Shown here in pieces: positions 50,777-60,114 of a stretch of DNA of 64,000 nucleotides. The notes beneath the pieces were generated by a model. The model did not search any database and was not told the DNA's origin. It worked only from the letters and a program-made list of their open reading frames with translations. This stretch comes from Bacteroidales bacterium (GTDB lineage: Bacteria > Bacteroidota > Bacteroidia > Bacteroidales > UBA932): the NCBI GenBank assembly GCA_024401865.1, contig JAKSKI010000001.1:594-64593 (forward strand), in the 5' to 3' direction. Numbering within the stretch: position 1 is the stretch's first letter; each line of letters begins with the position of its first letter. The translations under genes and the position numbers were made by a program.

Positions 50777-51901
50777 ATGATGAAAAACACTCGGGTAATA
50801 TTTACAGCACTTATATGCTGCCTGTGCATCTCCTTCAGTTCGAATGCGCAGCCTGTTCCTTCCGCACGCCCGGTATGGGTTGTGGCGCATGCCTGCAATT
50901 CGCCTCAGTGCCTCTTCGATGCCCTTGAAGACGGTGCGAACGGAGTCGAAATAGATGTGGCCACAAGTACCGATTACTGCAGATACGGTGCGGAGCCCTT
51001 CTGGTCCGTCGCCCACGATGGATTTGTAAGTCCCGAGCAGATGAAGATATACAATAGGGAACCGGAAAGAATCGCCAATCCTAATACACGCTATGTTTCT
51101 CTCGAGGAATACCTGATGCTTCCCGAAATGGACGAACTCAGCATCCTGTGGCTGGATGTCAAGGGGGCGGGTCCGTATTCCGCGATCGATGTCCTTGTAC
51201 AGCACGTCCACGAGGTGTTGGAGAAGCGTTATGGCAAGGATGAATACGGCAATGTCGATGTACCATACTCGATAATATATGGCGCTTACGGATTGGATGC
51301 CATGGAGCAGAGAAAGATATACTTCAGACCTGGGGACAAGAAGACAGATCCGCCGATGGTTATCGATTGGCTCAGAGACAATTTATGGGAGAATGAAGGT
51401 ACCGGGCTGGCCCGCGAAGGGAGCACTATGTTCAAATATGCAGCCGGCACCTTGGAGTCCCTGGAGAAATTCTTTGTTGATGAGCATGATTTCCCCAAAG
51501 AGAAGCATTTGATGACCAATGGTTTCGGCTGGCCCTACTGGCCTGTGTTCACCTTGGATTCCGAAATCACCGAGAGTCTGGTAGAGGCAAGGGCGCTTGT
51601 GGAACAGGGCCGGTATTGCAGCAGGACAGGCACCTGGTCAATGGCGCTTCCCCACCATGGGCTGCAGGTTATCTGCAGCGGGGCGGATTATCCCGGCTCA
51701 TATCGGACCGAGTGCAATCTCCTGCTCATAGAATGCCGCAATGAATTCCTCCCGGCATCACTTGTCCCGTTCCTGTATTCACACCAGGCCTTGAAAAATT
51801 ACGTCAGCAGGTTCTTCAAGGAGAAAGGCGCGTATTACAGATACAACAAGGGCAGATACCGTATCGCCGGACAGAGGAAGGAAGACCCGTTCTACAACTG
51901 A
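50777..51901 (+). CDS. Secreted GDPD-like sphingomyelinase D / phospholipase D homolog
   Basis: Signal peptide, RPVWVVAHACN, GANGVEIDV, AHDG, WLDVK, C-terminal YRIA...EDPF. Confidence 0.75.
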   Translation: MMKNTRVIFTALICCLCISFSSNAQPVPSARPVWVVAHACNSPQCLFDALEDGANGVEIDVATSTDYCRYGAEPFWSVAHDGFVSPEQMKIYNREPERIANPNTRYVSLEEYLMLPEMDELSILWLDVKGAGPYSAIDVLVQHVHEVLEKRYGKDEYGNVDVPYSIIYGAYGLDAMEQRKIYFRPGDKKTDPPMVIDWLRDNLWENEGTGLAREGSTMFKYAAGTLESLEKFFVDEHDFPKEKHLMTNGFGWPYWPVFTLDSEITESLVEARALVEQGRYCSRTGTWSMALPHHGLQVICSGADYPGSYRTECNLLLIECRNEFLPASLVPFLYSHQALKNYVSRFFKEKGAYYRYNKGRYRIAGQRKEDPFYN

Positions 51902-51914
51902 TCTCTTGCTGCCG

Positions 51915-53867
51915 CTATTCGTATGGCATCTTGCAGGGGCCATTCATACACAGAGTGTATGCCACTGCATTTCTTCCAAACACTTTCACAGGGAATATAA
52001 CACGGAACGGGCCATAAGATTTGGATGCTGCGGCAAAATTAAGATACACGATTCCTCCGGGAGCATTGTACCTGTTTCTGTAGAACTTGGCATCAAGCCT
52101 GTTGCTGTACTCGTAGTGTAGATAATTGGCGCTCCAGGCCGAATCGGGATAACGGGTTATTCCCAATTTTTCAGCTATCCTCTTTATGGCGCTGGGAACA
52201 CCTGTAAACGGCCACCACATCACCTTGTCATAATAGTTGATTGACCAGGTGCAGTCTCCTTTCATACAAGCTTGAGCCTTGAAGTCATCGACATACTTTA
52301 GCATCTGGTCAGTATGTGCTCTGGCCTTGTTGGAGGCATCGTCATTACTGGCGACTTCACCTATTTCGATATCCTGAATCCACAAAGGAGCCTCCACTTC
52401 CCACTTATTGGTGCTATTGTTCCAGACTTTGATGCAATTGTCGGTATTCTCTTCCCCATCACCGCCTGTTTCCTTCTCCCCAATCACGGCTCCGAATTTC
52501 GGTATGCTCGTATCTTCCCACTCTTCATCAGTCCAAAGCAGAATGATATGGTGCCTGGCATTACCCACGGTCAAATCCTTACGGAACGGAATGAAAAGAC
52601 CGGGATGTGACTGAGAATAATTATAGAAGAATCTGTGACATTCGTCCCAAGCATTTAAACTGGGTCCTGCTGCCGTTACGATGAGCACCGCGAACTCCGA
52701 CGGATATTTATTGAGATATCCGGTCAGAACGTTCATTTCATCCTCAAGCTTGGCTTGGCAGGGGAATATGGAACTGTAGCCGTGAAGAGCTCCCTCGTGC
52801 ATCCCGACGTGGAAATCAAATACTCTGACGCCCCTGTCAAACATATAGTCCATATTTACGTTCTGATATCTGAAGAGCCTGAACAATACCAAAGCAGGCA
52901 TCCTCCCCACTTCACTCGGGATGATAGGCTTCTCTGACAGAGCCTCTATGGCAGCAGGAAGCGTGACGTGACACACCTTTCTATTATCAGGCAGTCCCCC
53001 CTTAAGTCCCCAGCCTCTGTGTCCGACTCCCATCCAATTATAGAATTTGGCCCCCGTATCAATCATTCCCAGTCCGCTGCTCAAAGGCTCTCCCATATAT
53101 TCTTCATTATCTTCCTCCTCATCTTCATCAAGGCCACCGGCTTCATCCATCTCCTCCTTATACATCTGACTCAGGCTTTCGGCGGCAGGGTCAGCCCTGT
53201 CAATCAATAGGGACCTTGCAATCAGGTCACTGTGGGATGCTACAAACGAATTTACGAATTCGTTATAGTCCTCCTCTTTCTGATCTTCGGACAGGGACAT
53301 CATATACCATATCACAAATTCCATCCTCTGCAGCTCATCCCATTTCTGCATATCGGATTCAAACAAAGCATCCCATTCATTGAAAATCTCGACCCGCTTG
53401 TCATAATTGCCTGAATAAATGACTCTTGATGCGTCTGATCTGCTTCCTTTATTGTCAATGATCGAGACATTGATGACGGCATCGGTCTTCTCATAGGGGA
53501 TTCTTGTGAATATGACAAAAGGATTCTTCACAAGTACGCCCTGAGCGTCAAACTCGGGAGCGATGGCTTTTACCTTCCAGTCATCATTATCTCCCGCCTT
53601 TGTGACAACTCCGTCCCCACTCTTCATCTCTGCGGTGAATGCGGCGAAATCGGACTTCTTGAAGTCCTCGGGGAGAATGACATCCATCGTGTCAAGAAGG
53701 TTTACGGTGACAGCATCGTAAGAGGTGAAATTTATCCGCCCTTCCGTCAGGGAAGCGACCTGCTCCTGAAGGCTACTGATGTCTTTTCTGATCAGGGAAT
53801 CGTCATACTTCTGACAGCTGACTGCCAGGCAGAGTATGAGCGCAAACACGTGGAAGAATCTTTGCAT
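51915..53867 (-). CDS. Lipoprotein with a coiled-coil N-terminus and a degenerate PI-PLC X domain
   Basis: AVSCQKYDDS; NWM...LPDN...TLP, GVRVFDF, PSEFAVL, DLTVGNAR; catalytic His positions substituted. Confidence 0.7.
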   Translation of the reverse strand: MQRFFHVFALILCLAVSCQKYDDSLIRKDISSLQEQVASLTEGRINFTSYDAVTVNLLDTMDVILPEDFKKSDFAAFTAEMKSGDGVVTKAGDNDDWKVKAIAPEFDAQGVLVKNPFVIFTRIPYEKTDAVINVSIIDNKGSRSDASRVIYSGNYDKRVEIFNEWDALFESDMQKWDELQRMEFVIWYMMSLSEDQKEEDYNEFVNSFVASHSDLIARSLLIDRADPAAESLSQMYKEEMDEAGGLDEDEEEDNEEYMGEPLSSGLGMIDTGAKFYNWMGVGHRGWGLKGGLPDNRKVCHVTLPAAIEALSEKPIIPSEVGRMPALVLFRLFRYQNVNMDYMFDRGVRVFDFHVGMHEGALHGYSSIFPCQAKLEDEMNVLTGYLNKYPSEFAVLIVTAAGPSLNAWDECHRFFYNYSQSHPGLFIPFRKDLTVGNARHHIILLWTDEEWEDTSIPKFGAVIGEKETGGDGEENTDNCIKVWNNSTNKWEVEAPLWIQDIEIGEVASNDDASNKARAHTDQMLKYVDDFKAQACMKGDCTWSINYYDKVMWWPFTGVPSAIKRIAEKLGITRYPDSAWSANYLHYEYSNRLDAKFYRNRYNAPGGIVYLNFAAASKSYGPFRVIFPVKVFGRNAVAYTLCMNGPCKMPYE

Positions 53868-53896
53868 AATCCGTTATGTTGAAAATTTGTGCCAGA

Positions 53897-54568
53897 TTAG
53901 ATGTTTTCTTGTGGGTTGGTGTCAACGGATGACAGGAAATAAGTCTTGCCATCAGGCCCGTCGGACATGGTAAACTTGACCTCGTCTATGCCTTTGACAT
54001 AAACCTCGCTATGGGACTGCGCCAGATGCAGGAAAAACATACCGGGATGCTTATCCAGATTGTCCTCAACGTCCTTCAATGTCATAAAAGCTTTGGAATC
54101 CTGTCCCAGGGCATCGGGGCCGTTGATTTTAGAGATGTCAATCATCCATTCGGCAGTGGGCATACCGGAGCCCATAGCACGCAACGACCTCACAAACGAC
54201 ACTTTACGGGTAGCGTCGGAGCCAAGGAAAAAGCATAGCGACACTTGCGGGCTGAGAAAATTGATCAAATCAATCTTCACAGGTGCACCGCTGTTATCCT
54301 TCATGAACAAAGGAGCGTTGTCCTCCATCTGCCGGGCAAGGGATATGACACCCATAAGTGCATCTTCATTGCCGTACGGATTGATGAATACCGCCATGCC
54401 GGCACGCTCTCCGTCCTTATCAAAGACCTCGCGGCTTGCGGCTTCCACAGCTTCGCTTATTATCTTTCTTCCTGATTCGGACTGATTACCCGAATTATCC
54501 TTGTCGCAGGATACGCCACAGGCCAGGGCTGCGATGATGACTGTCAAGCAAGTAAAAAACTTTTTCAT
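53897..54568 (-). CDS. Hypothetical lipoprotein
   Basis: Lipobox GVSCDKD, with promoter TAACTTTG upstream. Confidence 0.72.
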   Translation of the reverse strand: MKKFFTCLTVIIAALACGVSCDKDNSGNQSESGRKIISEAVEAASREVFDKDGERAGMAVFINPYGNEDALMGVISLARQMEDNAPLFMKDNSGAPVKIDLINFLSPQVSLCFFLGSDATRKVSFVRSLRAMGSGMPTAEWMIDISKINGPDALGQDSKAFMTLKDVEDNLDKHPGMFFLHLAQSHSEVYVKGIDEVKFTMSDGPDGKTYFLSSVDTNPQENI

Positions 54569-54650
54569 CTTTTATCAAAAATTGTTTGCACAAAGTTAAC
54601 CTATTTTCAGATTACTCCAATGTTTATCGGTGGTGAGCCGATTCGGCTTT

Positions 54651-56210
54651 CTACCGGTTGGCCAGGCCCAGTCCGACTGAGAACATCAGATTGACGTTGG
54701 CGACGGCTCCTTCGATATCCCAGTCCTCCCGGTATTCATCGCCGGGCTTGTGGTACCAGGATGCCTGCGGGTACTTGTTCGGTTTGTCCGGATTCGCCAG
54801 GTCCTTGCCTGCTTTGACTACGACTGCAGCCACCCCTCTCCTGACGAAGTTCCAATGGTCAGAACGGAAAAACCATCCATCCGTATTGTCATCGTCAAAA
54901 ACCACATATCGGCCCTGTGCGGCAGCAGCCGACAGGATGTAGTTGCCCAGTCCGCTTTCACAGCAATCGAGTATTGTGACATCCCTGGTAAGCGGTGCGG
55001 GAGCGATGCAGTCAAAATTGATGCAGGTGACAGTCTTTTCCATAGGGAATACCGGATGCTCGCAATAGTATTGTGAGCCGAACAGGCCGCTCTCTTCCGA
55101 TGTCGATGCAAGGAACAGAATGGAGCGGCGCGGTGCCGGGAGTTTCTGCATCTTTTTGGCAATCATCAGGATTGCTGCCAGCCCGGATCCGTTGTCGGCT
55201 GCTCCGTTGTAGATAGCATCACCCGTTCCGTCAGGTTGGCCTGTGCCGAAGTGATCCCAGTGGGCGCTGAACACTACGCATTCGTCCTGCAGATCAGTGC
55301 CCGGAAGAACCGCCCCTACGTTGCAGGTTTCACCGATTTCATACTTGACATCCATAGAGAACGAACTCTTCGCTTTCAGGGGAATTGCCTTGAATCCCGG
55401 CTTTTTTGCAGAGGACAGAGCCTTGTCATAGTCAATGCCGGACATCTCGAAAAGTCTTCTGCACGCATCCTCGTTCAACCATCCTTGCATTCCAAGCTCA
55501 TCGGTATTGCCGGTATCCTCGTTGAAGAGTGCAAGGTTGCTTTCCTGATGCCCGTTCACGCATACGTGCCATCCATATCCGGCGGCTTCTTCATTATGAA
55601 TGATCAGGCAGCCTGCCGCACCGAGTTTCCGGGCCTGTTCCAACTTGTATATCCATCTTCCATAATAGGTCATGTTCCGGCCCCGGAAAAGGGATCTGTC
55701 GTAAAACCCGGGGTCATTTACCATCACGATCAATATCTTCCCGCCGACGTCTGTCCCTTCAAAATCATTCCACCCATACTCAGGAGCATCAATGCCGAAG
55801 CCGCCGAACACGAATTCGACGTTGTTGAACAAGACTTTGTCTGTCCGCCTTGCTGTCCATATCATCAAGTCTTCAGGAGTAGAGAGACGGACGGCGCCGC
55901 GGGCTGTTCTTATCCGTATCTCATTGCGGGGGATACGTACTGTCGTGGAAATTTCTTTGACTGTCTGGAAATAGCTTTCGCCGAATGCCGGTTTGAGGCC
56001 AAGATGACGGAACTCTCCGGCAAGATAGTCTATTGTCTTTGTTTCATAGGGAGTCATCGGTTTGCGTCCACCGAATTCATCCGATCCGATGGTTCTGACC
56101 CAGTTAATGAAATCATTGCTGTACGTGTCCGGACTGCCTTGCGCCTGCAATGGCTGCGAAACTGCAAAGACTGCGGTCAGTCCGAGGAGAAATTTATATC
56201 TGATGTTCAT
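54651..56210 (-). CDS. M28 family peptidase with PA domain
   Basis: SAHWDH, NGAADN, SEESGL, RSDH, YH. Confidence 0.9.
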   Translation of the reverse strand: MNIRYKFLLGLTAVFAVSQPLQAQGSPDTYSNDFINWVRTIGSDEFGGRKPMTPYETKTIDYLAGEFRHLGLKPAFGESYFQTVKEISTTVRIPRNEIRIRTARGAVRLSTPEDLMIWTARRTDKVLFNNVEFVFGGFGIDAPEYGWNDFEGTDVGGKILIVMVNDPGFYDRSLFRGRNMTYYGRWIYKLEQARKLGAAGCLIIHNEEAAGYGWHVCVNGHQESNLALFNEDTGNTDELGMQGWLNEDACRRLFEMSGIDYDKALSSAKKPGFKAIPLKAKSSFSMDVKYEIGETCNVGAVLPGTDLQDECVVFSAHWDHFGTGQPDGTGDAIYNGAADNGSGLAAILMIAKKMQKLPAPRRSILFLASTSEESGLFGSQYYCEHPVFPMEKTVTCINFDCIAPAPLTRDVTILDCCESGLGNYILSAAAAQGRYVVFDDDNTDGWFFRSDHWNFVRRGVAAVVVKAGKDLANPDKPNKYPQASWYHKPGDEYREDWDIEGAVANVNLMFSVGLGLANR

Positions 56211-56845
56211 AGCGCCTGTTTCCTGCAGGTGATGTGGAAGCAATTCTGTTTGACCTCGTATTTGACGTAGATGTTGCCGGCGGCCTTCTCCTCCCTGAGG
56301 ATTTCGGCGAGGGCGGTTTTCAATTCCGCGTCGGGGACGATTCCCTTCTTCCTGCCTACCTTGTCGTATCTGACGCAGGCAAGGTCGAAGGTGGTGCCGT
56401 AGCAGTGGGCTGAATTGGCGCTGGCGTTGACGTTGACCTTGCGGAGGTTCAGGACATCCTCCTTGGTCCTGAGCACTGACGTTACAATTGGTCTGTAAAG
56501 GGGAAGCCCGTTCTCCTTGAGCTTGGTCTGGAACAGCACTCCGATAGACTTGAGTTCGGCTGCGGCTCCTTTGGTAAGATACGGGACGGAACTGGTGAGT
56601 TCCTCTACGGAATATTCCCGGCAGGTCTTTATCTGTACCAGACCTCTCAACGAGATGTCATCCCGGGTCTCGGGAGGAGCAGGAAGCCCGAACTGTCCGG
56701 CAGCTTCCAGATGCCGGGCGTTCATATCATTGAATGTCCTGGAGTACCTTATGCTGTCTCCCTGGTAATGGTATTCCTCAGAAGCCCCTCCACATCCGGC
56801 CAGAAGCAGGCAGGCAAGACAACCCCATCCCGCAAGAATCTTCAT
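56207..56845 (-). CDS. DUF5715 family lipoprotein
   Basis: LAGC lipobox, VTSVLRT, SAHCYGTTFD, YEVKQNCFHIT. Confidence 0.8.
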   Translation of the reverse strand: MKILAGWGCLACLLLAGCGGASEEYHYQGDSIRYSRTFNDMNARHLEAAGQFGLPAPPETRDDISLRGLVQIKTCREYSVEELTSSVPYLTKGAAAELKSIGVLFQTKLKENGLPLYRPIVTSVLRTKEDVLNLRKVNVNASANSAHCYGTTFDLACVRYDKVGRKKGIVPDAELKTALAEILREEKAAGNIYVKYEVKQNCFHITCRKQAL

Positions 56846-56853
56846 AAAGCGAT

Positions 56854-57939
56854 TTATTCGACGGTCTTGAACGGCATCTCCCAACCTGTAACGGTTGAAA
56901 TGTAGGGAATCATACAACTGGCCACTTTGCGGTGACCGGAGTAGTTGGGATGACCGGAAGCTCCCATATCGGAAGTGACGTTGTGAACATCTTCCTGGAT
57001 ACTGGTCCAGTGTACATTGGCGAAACCGCAGGATTTGACGGCTGTCTCGACATAATAGTGCATCAGGGGATTCAGCCTCGATGACACGCAGAGCACAGGG
57101 ACTTCGTCGCCATAATTTGCACGGACCTTTGCGATCAGTTTGCCGTATCCGGCAGTCCATTTCTCGATTGTGGGCTGCTTGCCCCTGGAGAAGTCGTTGG
57201 TGCCCAGATATATTACCACGACATCAGGCCTGACGGCGGATGCTGCAGCATCCCATACAAGTTCCTTGCGGTGGTTGTCGAAGGTCTGTGAATACTTGTC
57301 AAGCATAGTGCTCTCGGGCGAACCGTCATTGTAATTGCGCACCACACCGAGACCTGAATGGCTCACAAGATTGATGTCGGCATCGAAATACCGTCCTGCA
57401 ATGGCTGCATAAGTGAGGTTGCAGTTCTCCTCTTCCGGACGGAACGGCTCCTTTGTGGACGCAGCCTCGGTGCCGAATCCGCAGGTGTAGGAGTCTCCAA
57501 TGAATTCGATATGCCTGGAATGGGGCTTCTCCGTCTGGAGGAACTCTCCATCGCATTCGAAACTCTCCACGTTTATGCAACCCTGTCCGCCTTCGGTCCG
57601 CTTCTGGATGACAACCTGGTGAACCCCCTTCCTGAGTCCGGAGCAAACCGTTACCTCGCGGTTTCCTTCCTCATTCTTGAACTTGCTGTCCTCTCGGGCG
57701 ACGGGCGCCTTGTCTATCCATACGTTGAACCAGTCCGCCCCTTCCTGGGTACAGGACATCTTGAGGGACGTGCCCTTGAACTTGACAATCACCTCAGTGC
57801 CGCTCCAGTCATAACTGACAGTGCCGTCACCGGCAAGGGTGCGTCCGATATATGTGATTTTGCTGTCCGTTGCGGGAATCACGGCTCCATAGGAGCAGCA
57901 GGTGATGAGGATCAGGGCGAGAGTGAGTAGTCTTTTCAT
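56854..57939 (-). CDS. SGNH/GDSL carbohydrate esterase (CE2-like)
   Basis: KRTE, EFIGDSYTCG, LGTND, GHP. Confidence 0.87.
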   Translation of the reverse strand: MKRLLTLALILITCCSYGAVIPATDSKITYIGRTLAGDGTVSYDWSGTEVIVKFKGTSLKMSCTQEGADWFNVWIDKAPVAREDSKFKNEEGNREVTVCSGLRKGVHQVVIQKRTEGGQGCINVESFECDGEFLQTEKPHSRHIEFIGDSYTCGFGTEAASTKEPFRPEEENCNLTYAAIAGRYFDADINLVSHSGLGVVRNYNDGSPESTMLDKYSQTFDNHRKELVWDAAASAVRPDVVVIYLGTNDFSRGKQPTIEKWTAGYGKLIAKVRANYGDEVPVLCVSSRLNPLMHYYVETAVKSCGFANVHWTSIQEDVHNVTSDMGASGHPNYSGHRKVASCMIPYISTVTGWEMPFKTVE

Positions 57940-58850
57940 ATGTTGAGGATGATTATGCCGGCCAGCACAAGAGCCAGGCCCAGCAGTTTGCGCCCGGAGA
58001 CGGGACGTTTGACTGTATTGAGAAGTCCGAAATGGTCGATGAGAGCTCCGCTGACCAGCATTCCGAATATATTGAGAATGGTCAGGAGTCCTACGCCCAC
58101 ATATCTGACAAGGTAAGTCTGCCCAACCACCACGCATACTCCGATGAGGCCGCCCAACCAGGTCCATCCCGGTCTGGGGGCTGTGATGACACCGGCGACA
58201 TAGGGTCTGTGGTCTTTGGCAATGCACATTATTGCCAGAAGAAGTATTGTGCCGCTGGCGAATGAGAACAGCGAAGCCTGAAGAGGTGACCCGACGGCAA
58301 CAGCCAGCCGTGAGTTGATTGCCGGCTGCATTGCCAGGGCCGCGCCGGCAACAATGCCGAGCAACTGCCATCCCAATGCTTTGACGGGATGCGTATCGGC
58401 ACTCCTGCTGACAACGGAGAAGAACACTCCCAGGATGATGATCGCAAATCCGACAATCCTGGAGACTGAAAGAGGCATCACCGCAGTGTCGAAAAGCCCG
58501 AAAGCATCAATGATGAATCCGGCTGTAACCTGTCCCACAAGGGGCATGATGACGGTGTGGATGCTCCCTAATCGGGGAAGAAGCAGGATGTTGGCCGTGA
58601 TGCCGAATACTCCGGCCGCGCCCCCCAGCCAGGCCCACCAGGGAAGTCCCTGAAGAGTCTCGGGAGAGAAAGACAATCCGTGCTCGACAGCAATTACAAT
58701 CAGCAGCAGTGCGGCCGTTCCGCTGAGGAAACTGTATAACGAGGCTCCGATGGGGGAGTGGATATATCTGGCGGCCTCGGAATTGATGGCGGTCTGGACC
58801 GGTGCCACAAAGCCGAGGGTGAAAATCACGGCAATGAACAACAGAAACAT
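57936..58850 (-). CDS. DMT/YdcZ-family transporter with a duplicated domain
   Basis: Two repeats of Q.AINS...WLGG...IDxFG. Confidence 0.85.
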   Translation of the reverse strand: MFLLFIAVIFTLGFVAPVQTAINSEAARYIHSPIGASLYSFLSGTAALLLIVIAVEHGLSFSPETLQGLPWWAWLGGAAGVFGITANILLLPRLGSIHTVIMPLVGQVTAGFIIDAFGLFDTAVMPLSVSRIVGFAIIILGVFFSVVSRSADTHPVKALGWQLLGIVAGAALAMQPAINSRLAVAVGSPLQASLFSFASGTILLLAIMCIAKDHRPYVAGVITAPRPGWTWLGGLIGVCVVVGQTYLVRYVGVGLLTILNIFGMLVSGALIDHFGLLNTVKRPVSGRKLLGLALVLAGIIILNI

Positions 58851-58854
58851 GTTT

Positions 58855-60111
58855 CTATTGCAATGCCCAGTGGGCTATATCATTACGGTGAAACAGGTTG
58901 TCGCAGGAGATACTGTCCACGCAGGAGTAGGCTGCCTTATGGGCTTCTTCGATGGATGAAGCCCTTGCAACGCACATCATAACACGGCCACCTGAGGTGA
59001 CGAGCCTGCCATCTCTCGAAGCTGTCCCCATATGATAGATGAAACAGCCGGGTACATCGGCTCCGATGACGATTTCCGCCCCCTTGTCGTAATGTCCGGG
59101 ATAGCCCTTGGATGCAAGCACCACGCCCATAGTCACGTCTTCCGACCATTCAAGCCCTGACGTCAGGGACGAGCCGGAAGCAACGGCTTCGAATATCTCA
59201 TAAATGTCCGAATCCAGCAGAGGCAGCACGACTTCGGTCTCGGGATCTCCGAAACGGGCATTGAATTCTATCACCTTGATGCCGTCCGCGGTCTTCATAA
59301 GTCCTCCGTAAAGTACACCGGACAAGGGACAGCCTTCGGCAACCATTGCGTCGGCAGCCTTCTGAAGCACGTTCTTGAGAGCGAATTCCTCATCCGCGGC
59401 GGTAATGAACGGAAGATGGGTGTATGCTCCCATTCCTCCGGTATTGGGTCCCTTGTCACCGTCAAAGGCCCGCTTGTGGTCCTGGGACAGAGGCATCGGA
59501 TAAACATTATGTCCGTCCACGAAGGCCATAAAAGAGAATTCCGGGCCCTCCAGCCAGTCTTCCACTACAACCTTTCCCTTGCCGAAACTGCCGTCGAGAA
59601 GCATATCTCTGAGAGCCGCTTCGGCCTCGTCGGGTGTACCGGCTATGACCACTCCCTTTCCGGCTGCCAGTCCGTCGTATTTGAGGACGGCGGGGAAGGG
59701 GCGTGAAGAGACATATTCAAGAGCTTCCCTGTAATCGGTGAAACTGCGATATGACGCGGTTGGAATGCCGTACCTGGCCATAATGACCTTGGCGAACTCC
59801 TTGCTGCTCTCTATCCGGGTGGCTGCTGCCGTATGACCGAATATCTTGAGACCGGCGGCACGGAATCTGTCTGTAACGCCGGCGGCAAGGGCGGCTTCCG
59901 GTCCCACAACGGTGAGATCTATGCCTTCATTGCGGGCAAACTCCAGAAGACTGTCCACATCCGTATCCTTGATGGGGACACATTCAGCCTGAAGGGCTAT
60001 GCCGGCATTGCCGGGAGCACAGTAAATTCTGCCTACCTTGGGCGAACGGCTCAATGCGTCAACTATTGCGTGTTCGCGGCCGCCGCCACCGATTACGAGG
60101 ACCTTCTTCAT
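58855..60111 (-). CDS. purD: Phosphoribosylamine-glycine ligase
   Basis: GGGGREHA, QDHKR, EFNARFGDPE. Confidence 0.97.
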   Translation of the reverse strand: MKKVLVIGGGGREHAIVDALSRSPKVGRIYCAPGNAGIALQAECVPIKDTDVDSLLEFARNEGIDLTVVGPEAALAAGVTDRFRAAGLKIFGHTAAATRIESSKEFAKVIMARYGIPTASYRSFTDYREALEYVSSRPFPAVLKYDGLAAGKGVVIAGTPDEAEAALRDMLLDGSFGKGKVVVEDWLEGPEFSFMAFVDGHNVYPMPLSQDHKRAFDGDKGPNTGGMGAYTHLPFITAADEEFALKNVLQKAADAMVAEGCPLSGVLYGGLMKTADGIKVIEFNARFGDPETEVVLPLLDSDIYEIFEAVASGSSLTSGLEWSEDVTMGVVLASKGYPGHYDKGAEIVIGADVPGCFIYHMGTASRDGRLVTSGGRVMMCVARASSIEEAHKAAYSCVDSISCDNLFHRNDIAHWALQ

Positions 60112-60114
60112 CTG

